Origin: a virus
Lineage: Duplodnaviria > Caudoviricetes
IMG/VR virus record: IMGVR_UViG_3300037467_000390
Span: 1-43,553 of that record
Reading direction: 5' to 3' (one strand)
Length of the DNA: 43,553 nt
Below, in pieces: positions 1-8,527 of this stretch. The notes beneath the pieces are model-generated. The model saw only the letters and a list, made by a program, of their open reading frames with translations, was not told the origin of the DNA and did no database searches. Numbering within the stretch: the stretch's first letter is position 1; each line of letters begins with the position of its first letter. A program made the position numbers and the translations under genes.

Positions 1-127
1 TTGAGCCCGCGAATTTTGGCGTGCGGATCACGCATTTCGACCGTCAGAACATCATTCATCAGCCACGTCTCGATCATGCTTTCCGCAAGCTGCGGAGCGA
101 TCTGGAACGACGTATTCATGATCTTCG
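1..127. repeat. Terminal direct repeat (copy 1), circular assembly overlap
   Basis: 1..127 is identical to 43427..43553. 127 nt is a typical assembler k-mer, and a gene reads through the junction. Confidence 0.95.
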
Positions 128-2189
128 GGGCATACCTTCCGGAGCGCTTTGACTGTGGCTCGAAGGACCACGGCTTGCCGGACAACCAGGCTTCGTTAAT
201 GGCTTGGACGATGCGCCGGCAAGTATCCTTGTCCGGCCAATGCTGATGATCGGGTGCCGCTGTGGCTACCTCGGGGACCAGTGTGGATGCCTGTTTCAGG
301 CCATCCATCCATTCGATTTTCTCAAGCTTAAGATAGAGCGGCTGAGCTTCCTCGCCATCCTTTTGCTTCTCGGTGAGAACGGTAACGATCTTGCTGTTGT
401 CGTCGCGTTTCAGGTGCAGCACGGCGTCGCCCGCGCCTTCCAGCGCGGTCGAGCCGCGCATACCGCGATCCTCGTCCTTGCCGCTGTGGTGAACACCGAT
501 GACGGCCACTCCGCAGGCTTCCTTGATCGCATCGCAGGCCGCGACGAACAGACCCATTTCCTTGGAGGCGTTTTCTTCGGCACCTGGAAGAACACGGGCG
601 ACGGTATCGACGACGACAAGCCGCGCATTGCCGACAACGGCTTTGACCGTGCGGACCAGTTTCGCGACGTCGTCCGGTTTCATGAAATTGACCGCACGCG
701 GCAACAGCCGGAACAGTTCGCCGTCAATCTTCATGTCGTGGTGCAGGTGCCAGCCACGAACGCGGTTGCGATAGCCGCCCTTGCCTTCGCCGGCGATGTA
801 AAGGACGCCGCCCTGCTTGCACTCCTTGCCATGCCAATCGAGGCCGTAGGCAATGCGTAGCGCCATATCGAGCGAGATGAAGGATTTCCCCTTGCCGGGT
901 TTACCGTAAAGGAACGTCAAGCCTGTCTCCGGGACTAGGCCCTCTACCAGCCACGTCGGCGGCGGAATGGCGTCGATCTCGGATACCGAGAGCGTTTCGT
1001 AAATGTCATCGGCCGGCGCATCGTCGCCAAAGACGGCATCGGCAACGGATTGTTGCGGATCAGGTGCTCTTGATTCCTGCCACCCCACGGCTTCCGGCTT
1101 GACGCCGATCTGATCACACAGCCAGAACGCCGCCGCCTTGGCGTCTGGCGCGCCGCCGTGCTCGATCACAATATCAACCGGTGTCCGCTTGCCTTGGCGC
1201 GCGTCGCCCATGTCGTGAACGCCGAAGTCCACGATTCCGGTCGGCGCGATGGACAAATCCTCTTCGAGGTTACGGCCAAGCTCTTTCGACGAGATGCGCC
1301 ACGCACCGGTGCCGGTCTGGAAATGGGCCGCGCTACCGAACACGGCTGGCACCCAGGCTCCGGTGTTGCGGAGCGCCAGATCGTTGGTTTGACGGAAGAA
1401 GGTCGAGCGATCAGCGGCCGGCTTTACCGCGTTGAGCGAGGCTGCAAGTTTCGGGGCCGCTGGCGCTACAGGCGCGGCCACCGGTGCGGCCGGCGCCGGG
1501 AACGCGGAAGATAGTGCCGCCATGGTGTAACGACTCTGGCCGGGCTCCCTGAGCGGCACGATGCTGGTGAGTTCGACGGTGCGGCCCGGTTTCACCGGCC
1601 ACGCTACGGTGCCGGCGAGGCGCATGACGCGCGCCGGATTCGTGACGCTGGTATCGGCCGCCATTGCCGCCGACATAGCTTTGAGCAGTTCCGGCCATTG
1701 CGTCGTATCGGTGACAGGCTCATCCAGCCGCCACCAGAGTTGCGCGCGGGTATGCGGCTCGCGGCCGGTGACGACAACGAGCGTCGGCTTGTTGTCGCCA
1801 TAGATGTTCTTTGCCGCCGTCGCGGTGCCGGGATCATCAAGATCGACATAGGCGGCGGTCAGCGCGAAAGCGTCGGCATCCTTGGTCCGCCCGAACGGCG
1901 CTGTATCGGGGTGACGGAGCGCCGCACCGATATAGACGTTACACATGGGCGTCGCGTTCAATCGCGCCGCTTCTGCGACAAGGGCGGGAAGATTACTGAT
2001 GCTGAAAAGCTGGGCGTGACGGAGGCGATACCGGCCGGCGTCGTCGGGTGTCGTGTCGGTCCAAGCCAGTTCGACAAGGCCAGCCGGCGCACCGCCGAAC
2101 AGGTGTTCGACGTGCTGCGTCATTGCCTCGATGTCCGGCTGGAACATCGGCGTCACGGTCGCTGTAGCTGTTTGCCCCACGTCGTCCAC
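1..2189 (-). CDS. Primase-helicase fusion (N-terminal RepB-like AEP primase, C-terminal AAA_25/RepA-type helicase); about 735 aa, continues across the junction to a stop at 43408
   Basis: Segments translated by hand (absent from ORF track), frame checked at the start, Walker A and junction. GTG start at 2189 (or 2180). Primase motifs KPTLVVVTGREPHTRAQLWWRL and NPARVMRLAGT; Walker A LYGKPGKGKS (around 885-910); YIAGEG; Walker B LVVVDT; VHHSGKDEDRGMRGS. Ends ...KIRGLKVIGVI* after the junction. Confidence 0.9.
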   Translation of the reverse strand, partial: MDDVGQTATATVTPMFQPDIEAMTQHVEHLFGGAPAGLVELAWTDTTPDDAGRYRLRHAQLFSISNLPALVAEAARLNATPMCNVYIGAALRHPDTAPFGRTKDADAFALTAAYVDLDDPGTATAAKNIYGDNKPTLVVVTGREPHTRAQLWWRLDEPVTDTTQWPELLKAMSAAMAADTSVTNPARVMRLAGTVAWPVKPGRTVELTSIVPLREPGQSRYTMAALSSAFPAPAAPVAAPVAPAAPKLAASLNAVKPAADRSTFFRQTNDLALRNTGAWVPAVFGSAAHFQTGTGAWRISSKELGRNLEEDLSIAPTGIVDFGVHDMGDARQGKRTPVDIVIEHGGAPDAKAAAFWLCDQIGVKPEAVGWQESRAPDPQQSVADAVFGDDAPADDIYETLSVSEIDAIPPPTWLVEGLVPETGLTFLYGKPGKGKSFISLDMALRIAYGLDWHGKECKQGGVLYIAGEGKGGYRNRVRGWHLHHDMKIDGELFRLLPRAVNFMKPDDVAKLVRTVKAVVGNARLVVVDTVARVLPGAEENASKEMGLFVAACDAIKEACGVAVIGVHHSGKDEDRGMRGSTALEGAGDAVLHLKRDDNSKIVTVLTEKQKDGEEAQPLYLKLEKIEWMDGLKQASTLVPEVATAAPDHQHWPDKDTCRRIVQAINEAWLSGKPWSFEPQSKRSGRYAPKIMNTSFQIAPQLAESMIETWLMNDVLTVEMRDPHAKIRGL

Positions 2190-2240
2190 TATCCGGCTAT
2201 CTGTTCCTTGCCTCTACTCGTTACGCGGTGATCTGGTAGA

Positions 2241-2268
2241 GTGACCGGGCCGCAGTGGGTCCGGTCAC
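2241..2268. other. Intergenic GC-rich hairpin between the SSB-like gene and primase-helicase
   Basis: GTGACCGGGCC...GGTCCGGTCAC inverted repeat. No U-tract on the minus strand, so not a clear intrinsic terminator. Confidence 0.5.
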
Positions 2269-2290
2269 GTTGTCGGAGCGAAGTTGGGGC

Positions 2291-2977
2291 CTAACCAAAA
2301 TCGCCTGCGTCAGCCATCGCGGCCTGCTGCGGCACCTGCGCCGGCTGCGTCGGCGCCGAAACCTGCGTCGATCCGGTCGCCGGCGCCGATGGGCTGGGCT
2401 GGGTCTGCGGTGCGGTGCCGGCCAGCGGCTGCGGACGATCGATCCAGTTCACGATGGCGAAGTTGGGCTTGTAGTTCGTGGACTGGCCCGACTTCACCGG
2501 CGAGACGCCGCTGATCTTCACGACAGGCAACTTGCCCGCCTTGCTTTCGGCCGCACCGGTGAAGGCGTCGTGCAGAGCGTCCATCGCCTCGATGACGCAC
2601 CCCGCCGCCGATCCGAGCACCCGCAAGCCGCCGCCTCCGCTGTTCTTGTCGAGCAGAAGATCGACTTCGAACCCCTGCTTGAAGGCAGGTTTGCCGTCGC
2701 TGTTCTTGTCCTCGGGACGCGGCGGAATGGCTTCCTGACCGAGCACGACGAGGCGGCGAATCGGTCCTTGTGAGGTGTAGTTGATCCATCCGACGCGAAT
2801 ATTGGCGAGGTCCATCACCATCTGAGCGGTGTTGGTGATCTCGTGCGATTCCGACGAGAACGTGCCGTCGCTGTGCTGGACGCGATCCATCCGAAACAGA
2901 CGCCCGGCCTTTGCATCGTATTTCACATACGGCTTGATATCGCCGCCGCTTCCACCAGTAGACAAACCGAGAGCCAT
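2291..2977 (-). CDS. Putative single-stranded DNA-binding/recombination protein
   Basis: Strong AGGAG RBS, beta-rich core, Pro/Ala/Gln linker and acidic-aromatic tail (DAGDFG). Sits between the exonuclease and the primase-helicase. Confidence 0.6.
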   Translation of the reverse strand: MALGLSTGGSGGDIKPYVKYDAKAGRLFRMDRVQHSDGTFSSESHEITNTAQMVMDLANIRVGWINYTSQGPIRRLVVLGQEAIPPRPEDKNSDGKPAFKQGFEVDLLLDKNSGGGGLRVLGSAAGCVIEAMDALHDAFTGAAESKAGKLPVVKISGVSPVKSGQSTNYKPNFAIVNWIDRPQPLAGTAPQTQPSPSAPATGSTQVSAPTQPAQVPQQAAMADAGDFG

Positions 2978-3044
2978 GTGGCTTCTCCTTCTTCAACAAA
3001 AGCTGCGATCAGGCCCGCAGCGTTGCCAATCCCTCGCGGGAATC

Positions 3045-3773
3045 TCAGATGCCCCAATGCTCGAAAGCCAACTGACGGTTCGGGCCGCCCCAGTAGAAGC
3101 TTTCAAGATCGGGGACGATGATCGATTTGAAGAACTGTGGATCGTCGGACAGCGACAGCATCTTCTCGACGCGCAACGCGATCTGATGCAGCGCGTGACG
3201 ATGCTCGCGGATATTCTCGACGCGATAGGTCGCAACTTTCTTCGGCGTCACGTAGGTGAGCCGACCGTCCATATTGTCGGTCGAGGCGTAGAGCGCGACC
3301 TGGCGCGCGTGCGGTACCTTGTTCTGCGACGGCAGTTTTTCGGTTGTCTTGAGATCCACGATGATGCCGTGATCCGCCCATTCGTAATCGAAGTAACCGA
3401 CGATCGGCAACGCTAATCCTTCCGGCTTCCACTCGACGAATCCTTGAGTGCGGCTGGGAACGCCGTAGGGGCGAAGCTCCTTCAACGCCTGCTCCACCAT
3501 GGCCGGTATGGTTTCGCGGTAATCCTGCCGGCGCGCGTCGCCGGACAGCGCGGAAACCGTATCGTACTTCTTGAAGGCGGCATCGATGCAATCGGACAGT
3601 GGCGCGTCCGGCTTGAGCAGGCCGAGCGTCACGCCTTCTTCAACGCCGGTGCCACGATGCGCCGGCGCGCCGACCTGCTGGCGAACGCCAATGACCTTTT
3701 CGAGAATGAACAATGCCGGCGAGGCGCAGAACAGGTTCAGCGACGACGGAGAGTGGCGAGTTATAAAGCTCAT
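3045..3773 (-). CDS. PD-(D/E)XK nuclease (phage exonuclease, RecB/Cas4-like fold)
   Basis: HSPSSLNLF N-terminus, GYFD...IVDLKT and RQVALY motifs. ATG at 3773 overlaps the RuvC stop. Confidence 0.85.
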   Translation of the reverse strand: MSFITRHSPSSLNLFCASPALFILEKVIGVRQQVGAPAHRGTGVEEGVTLGLLKPDAPLSDCIDAAFKKYDTVSALSGDARRQDYRETIPAMVEQALKELRPYGVPSRTQGFVEWKPEGLALPIVGYFDYEWADHGIIVDLKTTEKLPSQNKVPHARQVALYASTDNMDGRLTYVTPKKVATYRVENIREHRHALHQIALRVEKMLSLSDDPQFFKSIIVPDLESFYWGGPNRQLAFEHWGI

Positions 3774-4249
3774 GCTGCGGTGCTCCACGGAAACAAGACT
3801 TCGAGGCCGTATTTGGCGATCAGCGCGGCATCGGCGCGGTTGTGGTCTTTCTTGCGCGCGAAGCTGGCGGCGCAGGCCGGGAAAAGTTGCAACGCCTTGG
3901 CGCGCGCTTCGTCCTTTTCGGCCGCGAGATTGAAACGAGACTTCCACTTGCGCGGCGTGACGTAGTGCAGCGGCACATTATGGGCGCCGAGCACGCCAAG
4001 CGCCTGACCGTAGGACTTGCCGAACTTGAATGTAGAGGCCACGCCCTGTCCCGGCATCGAGGCGACAAACTCGATGACTGCATAGGACGGCGCGTACTTC
4101 TTGATGATCGCTGACAGCAGCGGCGCGCAAATGTCACCATCGGCGGTCGGCATATCTTCAATAGCAACCCGGTTCGGATCGTTCTGGAAGATGAATGCCA
4201 GAGCGCCGGACAAGCCGGGATCGATACCGCAAATGCAGCGATCAGACAT
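3770..4249 (-). CDS. RuvC-like Holliday junction resolvase
   Basis: CGIDPGLSGA, VIEFV, STFKFG, VTPRKWK and HNRADAALIA motifs. Confidence 0.85.
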   Translation of the reverse strand: MSDRCICGIDPGLSGALAFIFQNDPNRVAIEDMPTADGDICAPLLSAIIKKYAPSYAVIEFVASMPGQGVASTFKFGKSYGQALGVLGAHNVPLHYVTPRKWKSRFNLAAEKDEARAKALQLFPACAASFARKKDHNRADAALIAKYGLEVLFPWSTAA

Positions 4250-4616
4250 TGTTGGCCTCCTTCGCCCACGACCTGTCCCGCACTGTCGATGGGCGGTCAT
4301 CGGTGCCGACACTCCGGAGCTCGAACGAGATAAGGAAAACTATGCAGCAGCCCGCGTGCCACAGGTGCGACATGCCGGTTTCGGGATCTGCGCGCTCGCC
4401 TTCGAACCACGCGGTCAGATGACGTTGCAGAGCCGCGAATGGGCGCGACCACGCCATACCGTTTTCCCAATTGCGCGGCGCATATTTGTCGGCACCGAAC
4501 CGCAGCACCTTAACGATGGCGCGGAAGGCGTCCCACGGCGCCAGGTGCCAAGGGTCCTTACCGCCGTCATCCTTGCGGCCCTCGGCCAGCTTCGCCGTGC
4601 GGTCGGTCGTGATCAT
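4242..4616 (-). CDS. dATP/dGTP diphosphohydrolase domain protein (DUF5664-like)
   Basis: GRKDDGGK-PWHL, FGADKYAPRNWENG, ALQRHL, DPETGMSHLWHAGCC. Confidence 0.85.
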   Translation of the reverse strand: MITTDRTAKLAEGRKDDGGKDPWHLAPWDAFRAIVKVLRFGADKYAPRNWENGMAWSRPFAALQRHLTAWFEGERADPETGMSHLWHAGCCIVFLISFELRSVGTDDRPSTVRDRSWAKEANNV

Positions 4617-4978
4617 GCCGCTACCTCGCGGGTACGAGCGCCGATCACGATGGCTTTGGATTCCGGGTCGATCTTGTAGCCTTCGCCGTGAACCGTATGG
4701 ATCGTGATGCCGAATGGCTTCAATTTCTGGCGAAGCCGGCAGACGATGACGGAGACGAGATTCCCGCTGCCAGTTGAATCCCAACGTCGCGCTGCGGCGA
4801 ACAGGACCTCATTCGACCGAAAGCCGCCTTGAGCACCGATCAGCGACGTGAGAACGCGCTTTTCGCCGGGGCTCAAATTCCATTTTGCCGGGAAGCGCGC
4901 CGTTTCCGTGCAGCGCATGGCGTCACGGAGTTGGCGGTTTTCTTCTTCAAGAAACTCGACGCGCTCAGCGAGGTTCAT
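4613..4978 (-). CDS. Stand-alone OmpR/CtrA-type winged-helix DNA-binding protein
   Basis: N-terminal coiled coil, then LSPGEKRVL...VSVIVCRLRQKLKPFGITIHTVHGEGY (Trans_reg_C signature). No receiver domain. Confidence 0.8.
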   Translation of the reverse strand: MNLAERVEFLEEENRQLRDAMRCTETARFPAKWNLSPGEKRVLTSLIGAQGGFRSNEVLFAAARRWDSTGSGNLVSVIVCRLRQKLKPFGITIHTVHGEGYKIDPESKAIVIGARTREVAA

Positions 4979-4983
4979 GGTGT

Positions 4984-5349
4984 TCAGTCCTCCGCCGTTC
5001 CAGCGCTTTCCGTTCGCGCCTTAGCTGCCACCATTCTCTCAATAGGCGTAGTAGCCGCATCGATATCCCTCTTGAGCGCTAGAATTGCTGCACGCTCCGT
5101 CTCGATCTCTTGTTCAACGCGGGCACATACTTTGTTGTAGTGGCTGATCAGATTCCAACCGACCGACCACCTCGGCTCTTTTGCTTCCGAGCCGTTGATG
5201 AATTTCCTGATCCAATCGGCGGACGTGCCAACGGTTTGCGCGACTTGCGCGTAAGCAGCCATTCGAGAACCCGTCTGACGTTCCGCACGCTCAACCAGCG
5301 CGTTCGCTGCCGATCTCGTGAGTGCCATCGTTGCTGCTGCATTACTCAT
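4984..5349 (-). CDS. HTH transcriptional regulator, CII-like position
   Basis: AYAQVAQTVGTSADWIRKFI HTH plus C-terminal coiled coil, downstream of cro. Start could be the GTG at 5379. Confidence 0.6.
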   Translation of the reverse strand: MSNAAATMALTRSAANALVERAERQTGSRMAAYAQVAQTVGTSADWIRKFINGSEAKEPRWSVGWNLISHYNKVCARVEQEIETERAAILALKRDIDAATTPIERMVAAKARTESAGTAED

Positions 5350-5472
5350 TGGCGATTTTTCACCACTCTTTGGTTCCACTTGAACAATCCCTTCATGCAC
5401 AGTTGCGACATGAAGGACGCGACTAACGAACTCGATACTTTTCAACCGATCGGCCTGGCCGCCGCTCGGGTG

Positions 5473-5700
5473 CTAGAACTTGCAGAACAACAGAAAGTAG
5501 ATCGCGACGGTGAAACCCACGCCCGTCGCACAGATCAGGAGAACACCCGCGACAACGGCAGCGATATCGATCAGCGCCGAGTAGCAACGGGATAGGAATG
5601 ATGGATTGCGCGAAGCCCCCTCGCGCATGTCGAGACGCGAGCGGTCGGACATTGCCCCGTAGGCCGCTCGCGTGCTCTCGTTGTGGTAGGTGATCAGCAT
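5473..5700 (-). CDS. Small membrane protein
   Basis: ORF with GAGG RBS and long C-terminal hydrophobic stretch. Confidence 0.5.
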   Translation of the reverse strand: MLITYHNESTRAAYGAMSDRSRLDMREGASRNPSFLSRCYSALIDIAAVVAGVLLICATGVGFTVAIYFLLFCKF

Positions 5701-5852
5701 GACTTGGCGACCTCGCTATTGGCCGCTTGCCGTAGCATCTCAATGAGGTGATCTGCCTCCGAGCGGCGCATCGTGACGCCGGAACGGATCAAATGATGCG
5801 CGTTGAGACGGGCAGAAAGGACCTGCAATGCGGCGCGCTGCATGGAGGTCAT
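5694..5852 (-). CDS. Hypothetical protein (52 aa, MTSMQRAALQVLSARL...)
   Basis: Hand-translated. ATGA overlap with the upstream stop; fills the operon gap. Confidence 0.5.
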   Translation of the reverse strand: MTSMQRAALQVLSARLNAHHLIRSGVTMRRSEADHLIEMLRQAANSEVAKSC

Positions 5853-6277
5853 GCTGGCACCCATGTCTGGCTTTCGCCGGCAAAGAGGCCGTCGCCTGCC
5901 GGCAGAAGCTCTTTCGCGGCAATGACCGCCTCGGCAGCATCCTTGCGAACGATGCGGCCACTCGGCTCAAGGAAAAAACGAATTTCAGGAGCGGTTGACG
6001 TGTCGGAGGATAGAGACTTGCAAAGACGCTGCTCAGTTGAACGGATGAGTTTGGCGAGGTTGAAGCCGCGAAGACTGAGGCGCGGGCGACAACCGCAGGA
6101 CGTAACCAACCCATGACGAAGCGTGACGCCAGCAATGTGAGCGACACCACCGCAGGCAGAGCAATCGACGGTCCACTTTCGCGCGCGGACGCCCTTCACC
6201 TTTTCATCGAGACAGCGGACAGTGAGATGCCCATAGGTTTTGGCGGTGATATCGACGCGATTTTTGCCGATGGTCAT
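5849..6277 (-). CDS. Protein with Cys-rich module typical of phage HNH/AP2 endonuclease N-termini, no nuclease domain seen
   Basis: DITAKTYGHLTV...WTVDCSACG...LRHGLVTSCGC resembles the DLTGxRFGRLTV...CxCG...SCGC module. Confidence 0.6.
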   Translation of the reverse strand: MTIGKNRVDITAKTYGHLTVRCLDEKVKGVRARKWTVDCSACGGVAHIAGVTLRHGLVTSCGCRPRLSLRGFNLAKLIRSTEQRLCKSLSSDTSTAPEIRFFLEPSGRIVRKDAAEAVIAAKELLPAGDGLFAGESQTWVPA

Positions 6278-6489
6278 GACGCAAGCGCCTCCGCTAGTTT
6301 GGCCTGTTCAAGGAGACTTTCACGGAAGAAACGAATGCGATTGTCAGGAGCGCAGATCGCGGTATCGCAATCATTCCAGCGCTCAGCGACCGACACGCGA
6401 TGACGGCGCGCCGCGTTAACCGAACGGAAGGTTTCGCCGTCACTCCACCACTGGCCGTTGATGACGATGACGACGCGATATCCGCTCAT
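6274..6489 (-). CDS. Hypothetical protein
   Basis: GGAGG RBS and ATGA coupling at both ends. Confidence 0.55.
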   Translation of the reverse strand: MSGYRVVIVINGQWWSDGETFRSVNAARRHRVSVAERWNDCDTAICAPDNRIRFFRESLLEQAKLAEALAS

Positions 6490-6575
6490 TGCCCAGCCCT
6501 CCGTGGCAGCAGCGCCCATGCAAAAGCAAACGGCAGGATGGCAATGCCAATGGTGGAGAGGGTTTCGAGGGTCAT
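6486..6575 (-). CDS. Small hydrophobic peptide (29 aa)
   Basis: MTLETLSTIGIAILPFAFAWALLPRRAGQ, ATGA-coupled to the cro stop and to the next gene. Confidence 0.45.
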   Translation of the reverse strand: MTLETLSTIGIAILPFAFAWALLPRRAGQ

Positions 6576-6808
6576 GCGGCGCTCTCCGTCTCGTCGTCCG
6601 GGAACGTCATGAAGAACCAGCTATCGTCCCATGGAAGGCGTCGGCTGATCGCCGCGCTGCGGATGCGCTCCATCTCGTCGCGATTAGGCTCCGATCCAGC
6701 CTCGCTCTCCCAGCGCGAAACGGTCGGTTGGCTGACGCCGGCGACCTCCGCGAAGGGAGCCTGCTTAAGCTGGAAAATTCGGCGGCGGATGTATTCGACT
6801 GCGTTCAT
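6572..6808 (-). CDS. cro: Cro-like HTH repressor
   Basis: 78 aa XRE HTH (QAPFAEVAGVSQPTVSRWE), divergent from the cI-like gene. Confidence 0.85.
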   Translation of the reverse strand: MNAVEYIRRRIFQLKQAPFAEVAGVSQPTVSRWESEAGSEPNRDEMERIRSAAISRRLPWDDSWFFMTFPDDETESAA

Positions 6809-6816
6809 GATGATGC

Positions 6817-6865
6817 ATCATGCGCATATGAATAGCTCCCCGTCAACAATTATTCGCAGGCGTAT
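6817..6865. promoter_or_regulatory. cro/cI control region: leftward promoter (TTGACG 6846-6841, CATGAT 6822-6817) and two 15-bp operators (6820-6834, 6851-6865)
   Basis: Operators TATTCATATGCGCAT (reverse strand) and TATTCGCAGGCGTAT share a consensus with the pair at 7546-7587. Confidence 0.7.
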
Positions 6866-6900
6866 TGGATTGCCGCGATGCAGCAGTGCATAATTTAGGG

Positions 6901-7494
6901 ATGGCGACCGAAACAGACTACCGCGCCTTGGTCCGCGCCGTCCAAGCTAAGACCGGGGAAAATCAGGCGAAACTTGCTGAGCGCTTCGGCGTATCTCAGC
7001 CCACAATCTCACGCTGGCTGAACGGAACCCCACCGGAACTGCACCATGCGGCCATCATCGACGGTGTGGCGCGCGATTTACGATTAGGTAACCGTAAATA
7101 CGGTGTTAACATGGCAACCGTCCCGATCGTCGGTTACGTTGGCGCCGGGGGCAGTATCTCTTTCGAAGGAGGCCAAGGCCCCTTCGGAGAGGCCGATATG
7201 CCGCCAAAAGACGGAAAACCGTCACTCGTTGCCGTGATAGTCCGTGGCGACAGCATGTCCGGTATGCTAGAAGATGGTTGGACGATCTATTATGACAACC
7301 GCCGCGATCCGCCCGACGAAACTCTCCACGCCAAGCTGTGTATTGTCGGCCTTGCAGACGGCCGGGTGTTGATTAAAAAGCTCTACCCCGGCCGCAAGCG
7401 CGGACACTATGACCTCCACTCAGTAAACGCCCCTGCCCTTCTAGATCAGCCTGTCACATGGGCGGCGCGGATCACCTGGATCGCCCCAAAATAG
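6901..7494 (+). CDS. cI: CI-like repressor (XRE HTH plus S24 autopeptidase domain)
   Basis: HTH QAKLAERFGVSQPTISRW, cleavage region VPIVGYVGAG, catalytic VRGDSM and LIKKL. Confidence 0.92.
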   Translation: MATETDYRALVRAVQAKTGENQAKLAERFGVSQPTISRWLNGTPPELHHAAIIDGVARDLRLGNRKYGVNMATVPIVGYVGAGGSISFEGGQGPFGEADMPPKDGKPSLVAVIVRGDSMSGMLEDGWTIYYDNRRDPPDETLHAKLCIVGLADGRVLIKKLYPGRKRGHYDLHSVNAPALLDQPVTWAARITWIAPK

Positions 7495-7545
7495 CTGAGC
7501 CCACTAGATGCATACCGCGCATACATCTTTAGTCTAAGATATTTT

Positions 7546-7588
7546 TATTCACATGTGTATTGACGACGCTCCATGCATATGCGAATAT
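7546..7588 (+). promoter_or_regulatory. Early rightward promoter (TTGACG 7560-7565, N17, GAATAT 7583-7588) overlapped by two operators (7546-7560, 7573-7587)
   Basis: TATTCACATGTGTAT and ATGCATATGCGAATA (reverse complement TATTCGCATATGCAT) cover the -35 and -10 boxes. Confidence 0.75.
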
Positions 7589-7620
7589 GCATCCATCAAC
7601 CAACGATGGAGCCGGGCAAG

Positions 7621-7863
7621 ATGGCCGCCAAGATCGCCCTTTCAATCCAGACAGGAATCCCGCTGCCGACGCGCGAAGCGTTGGTGAATCTCATCCCGTG
7701 GGATGAAATCAAGGTGGGTAGTTCGTTCCCGGTCACGAGGGACTTCGGGGACTTCCCTGTGCAGCGCCTCCGCACCGCGATTGATTATCGCCAGAAAATG
7801 ACAGGTGAGCGCTTCTCGGTCCGCAAGACTGCCGAGGGCTACCGCTGCTGGCGAACGGCATAA
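7621..7863 (+). CDS. Small phage protein (DUF7303-like)
   Basis: PWDEIKVGSSF...RFSVRKTAEGYRCWR pattern; GGAG RBS. Confidence 0.6.
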   Translation: MAAKIALSIQTGIPLPTREALVNLIPWDEIKVGSSFPVTRDFGDFPVQRLRTAIDYRQKMTGERFSVRKTAEGYRCWRTA

Positions 7864-7877
7864 CGGGAGCCGCCGCC

Positions 7878-8195
7878 ATGCAGACCCCCGAACTGTTCAT
7901 TGTCATGATCGACTACGGCAAGCTGGGTCGTGAGGCCATTGTCGATCCAAACCATAGCTGGTCCGACGCGCTGGAAACGGTTCGCGCCGCCATCGGTGAC
8001 AAGAACCCGGTTTCCTACGTCCTCCACATTCATGACGGCGTGTCGGAAAACCGGACGCTGGAAGCCTTGGAGCTTATCGCCAAGGAAGCGATGGCGGCCT
8101 GTGTCGAGCCTGAGCGCGACGAAACCGAGCAGCGCATTGTTGATTGGCTGCGCGATCATAACCGCGACGAGCGCAAGCATTGGGTGGCCGCATGA
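7878..8195 (+). CDS. Hypothetical protein
   Basis: GGGAG RBS; coupled to the next gene. Confidence 0.65.
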   Translation: MQTPELFIVMIDYGKLGREAIVDPNHSWSDALETVRAAIGDKNPVSYVLHIHDGVSENRTLEALELIAKEAMAACVEPERDETEQRIVDWLRDHNRDERKHWVAA

Positions 8196-8524
8196 GCACC
8201 ACCCACACCCCCGGCCCGTGGCATGCTGACAAACTGCCGAGCGGCGATTATCGCATCATCTACAACGCGACCAGAAACTGGCTTGCCAAGGTCTATTGCG
8301 ACGGCGAAAGCGAAGCTGCGAAGGCCGATGCCGCGCTGATCGCAGAAGCCGGGACGATATTGCACGAAACCGGCCTGACGCCTCGCCAGCTTGCAGAGCG
8401 GTGCAAGGAGTTGGAGGGGGTGCTCACCTTCGTGCAGTCCGATCCGTGCTTCCCTTTGCTGGGCAGCGTCACCAAGGATGACGTGCACGCCGCCCTTTCC
8501 AAGGCGCAGAAAGGCGGGGTGTGA
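8192..8524 (+). CDS. HTPGPW-motif phage protein
   Basis: MSTTHTPGPW...AKADAALIAEA; ATGA overlap. Confidence 0.7.
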   Translation: MSTTHTPGPWHADKLPSGDYRIIYNATRNWLAKVYCDGESEAAKADAALIAEAGTILHETGLTPRQLAERCKELEGVLTFVQSDPCFPLLGSVTKDDVHAALSKAQKGGV

Positions 8525-8527
8525 GCC

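Noticed and set aside
3045-3773. CRISPR-associated Cas4
   Set aside because: Lacks the four-Cys Fe-S cluster pattern, and its context is a phage recombination module.
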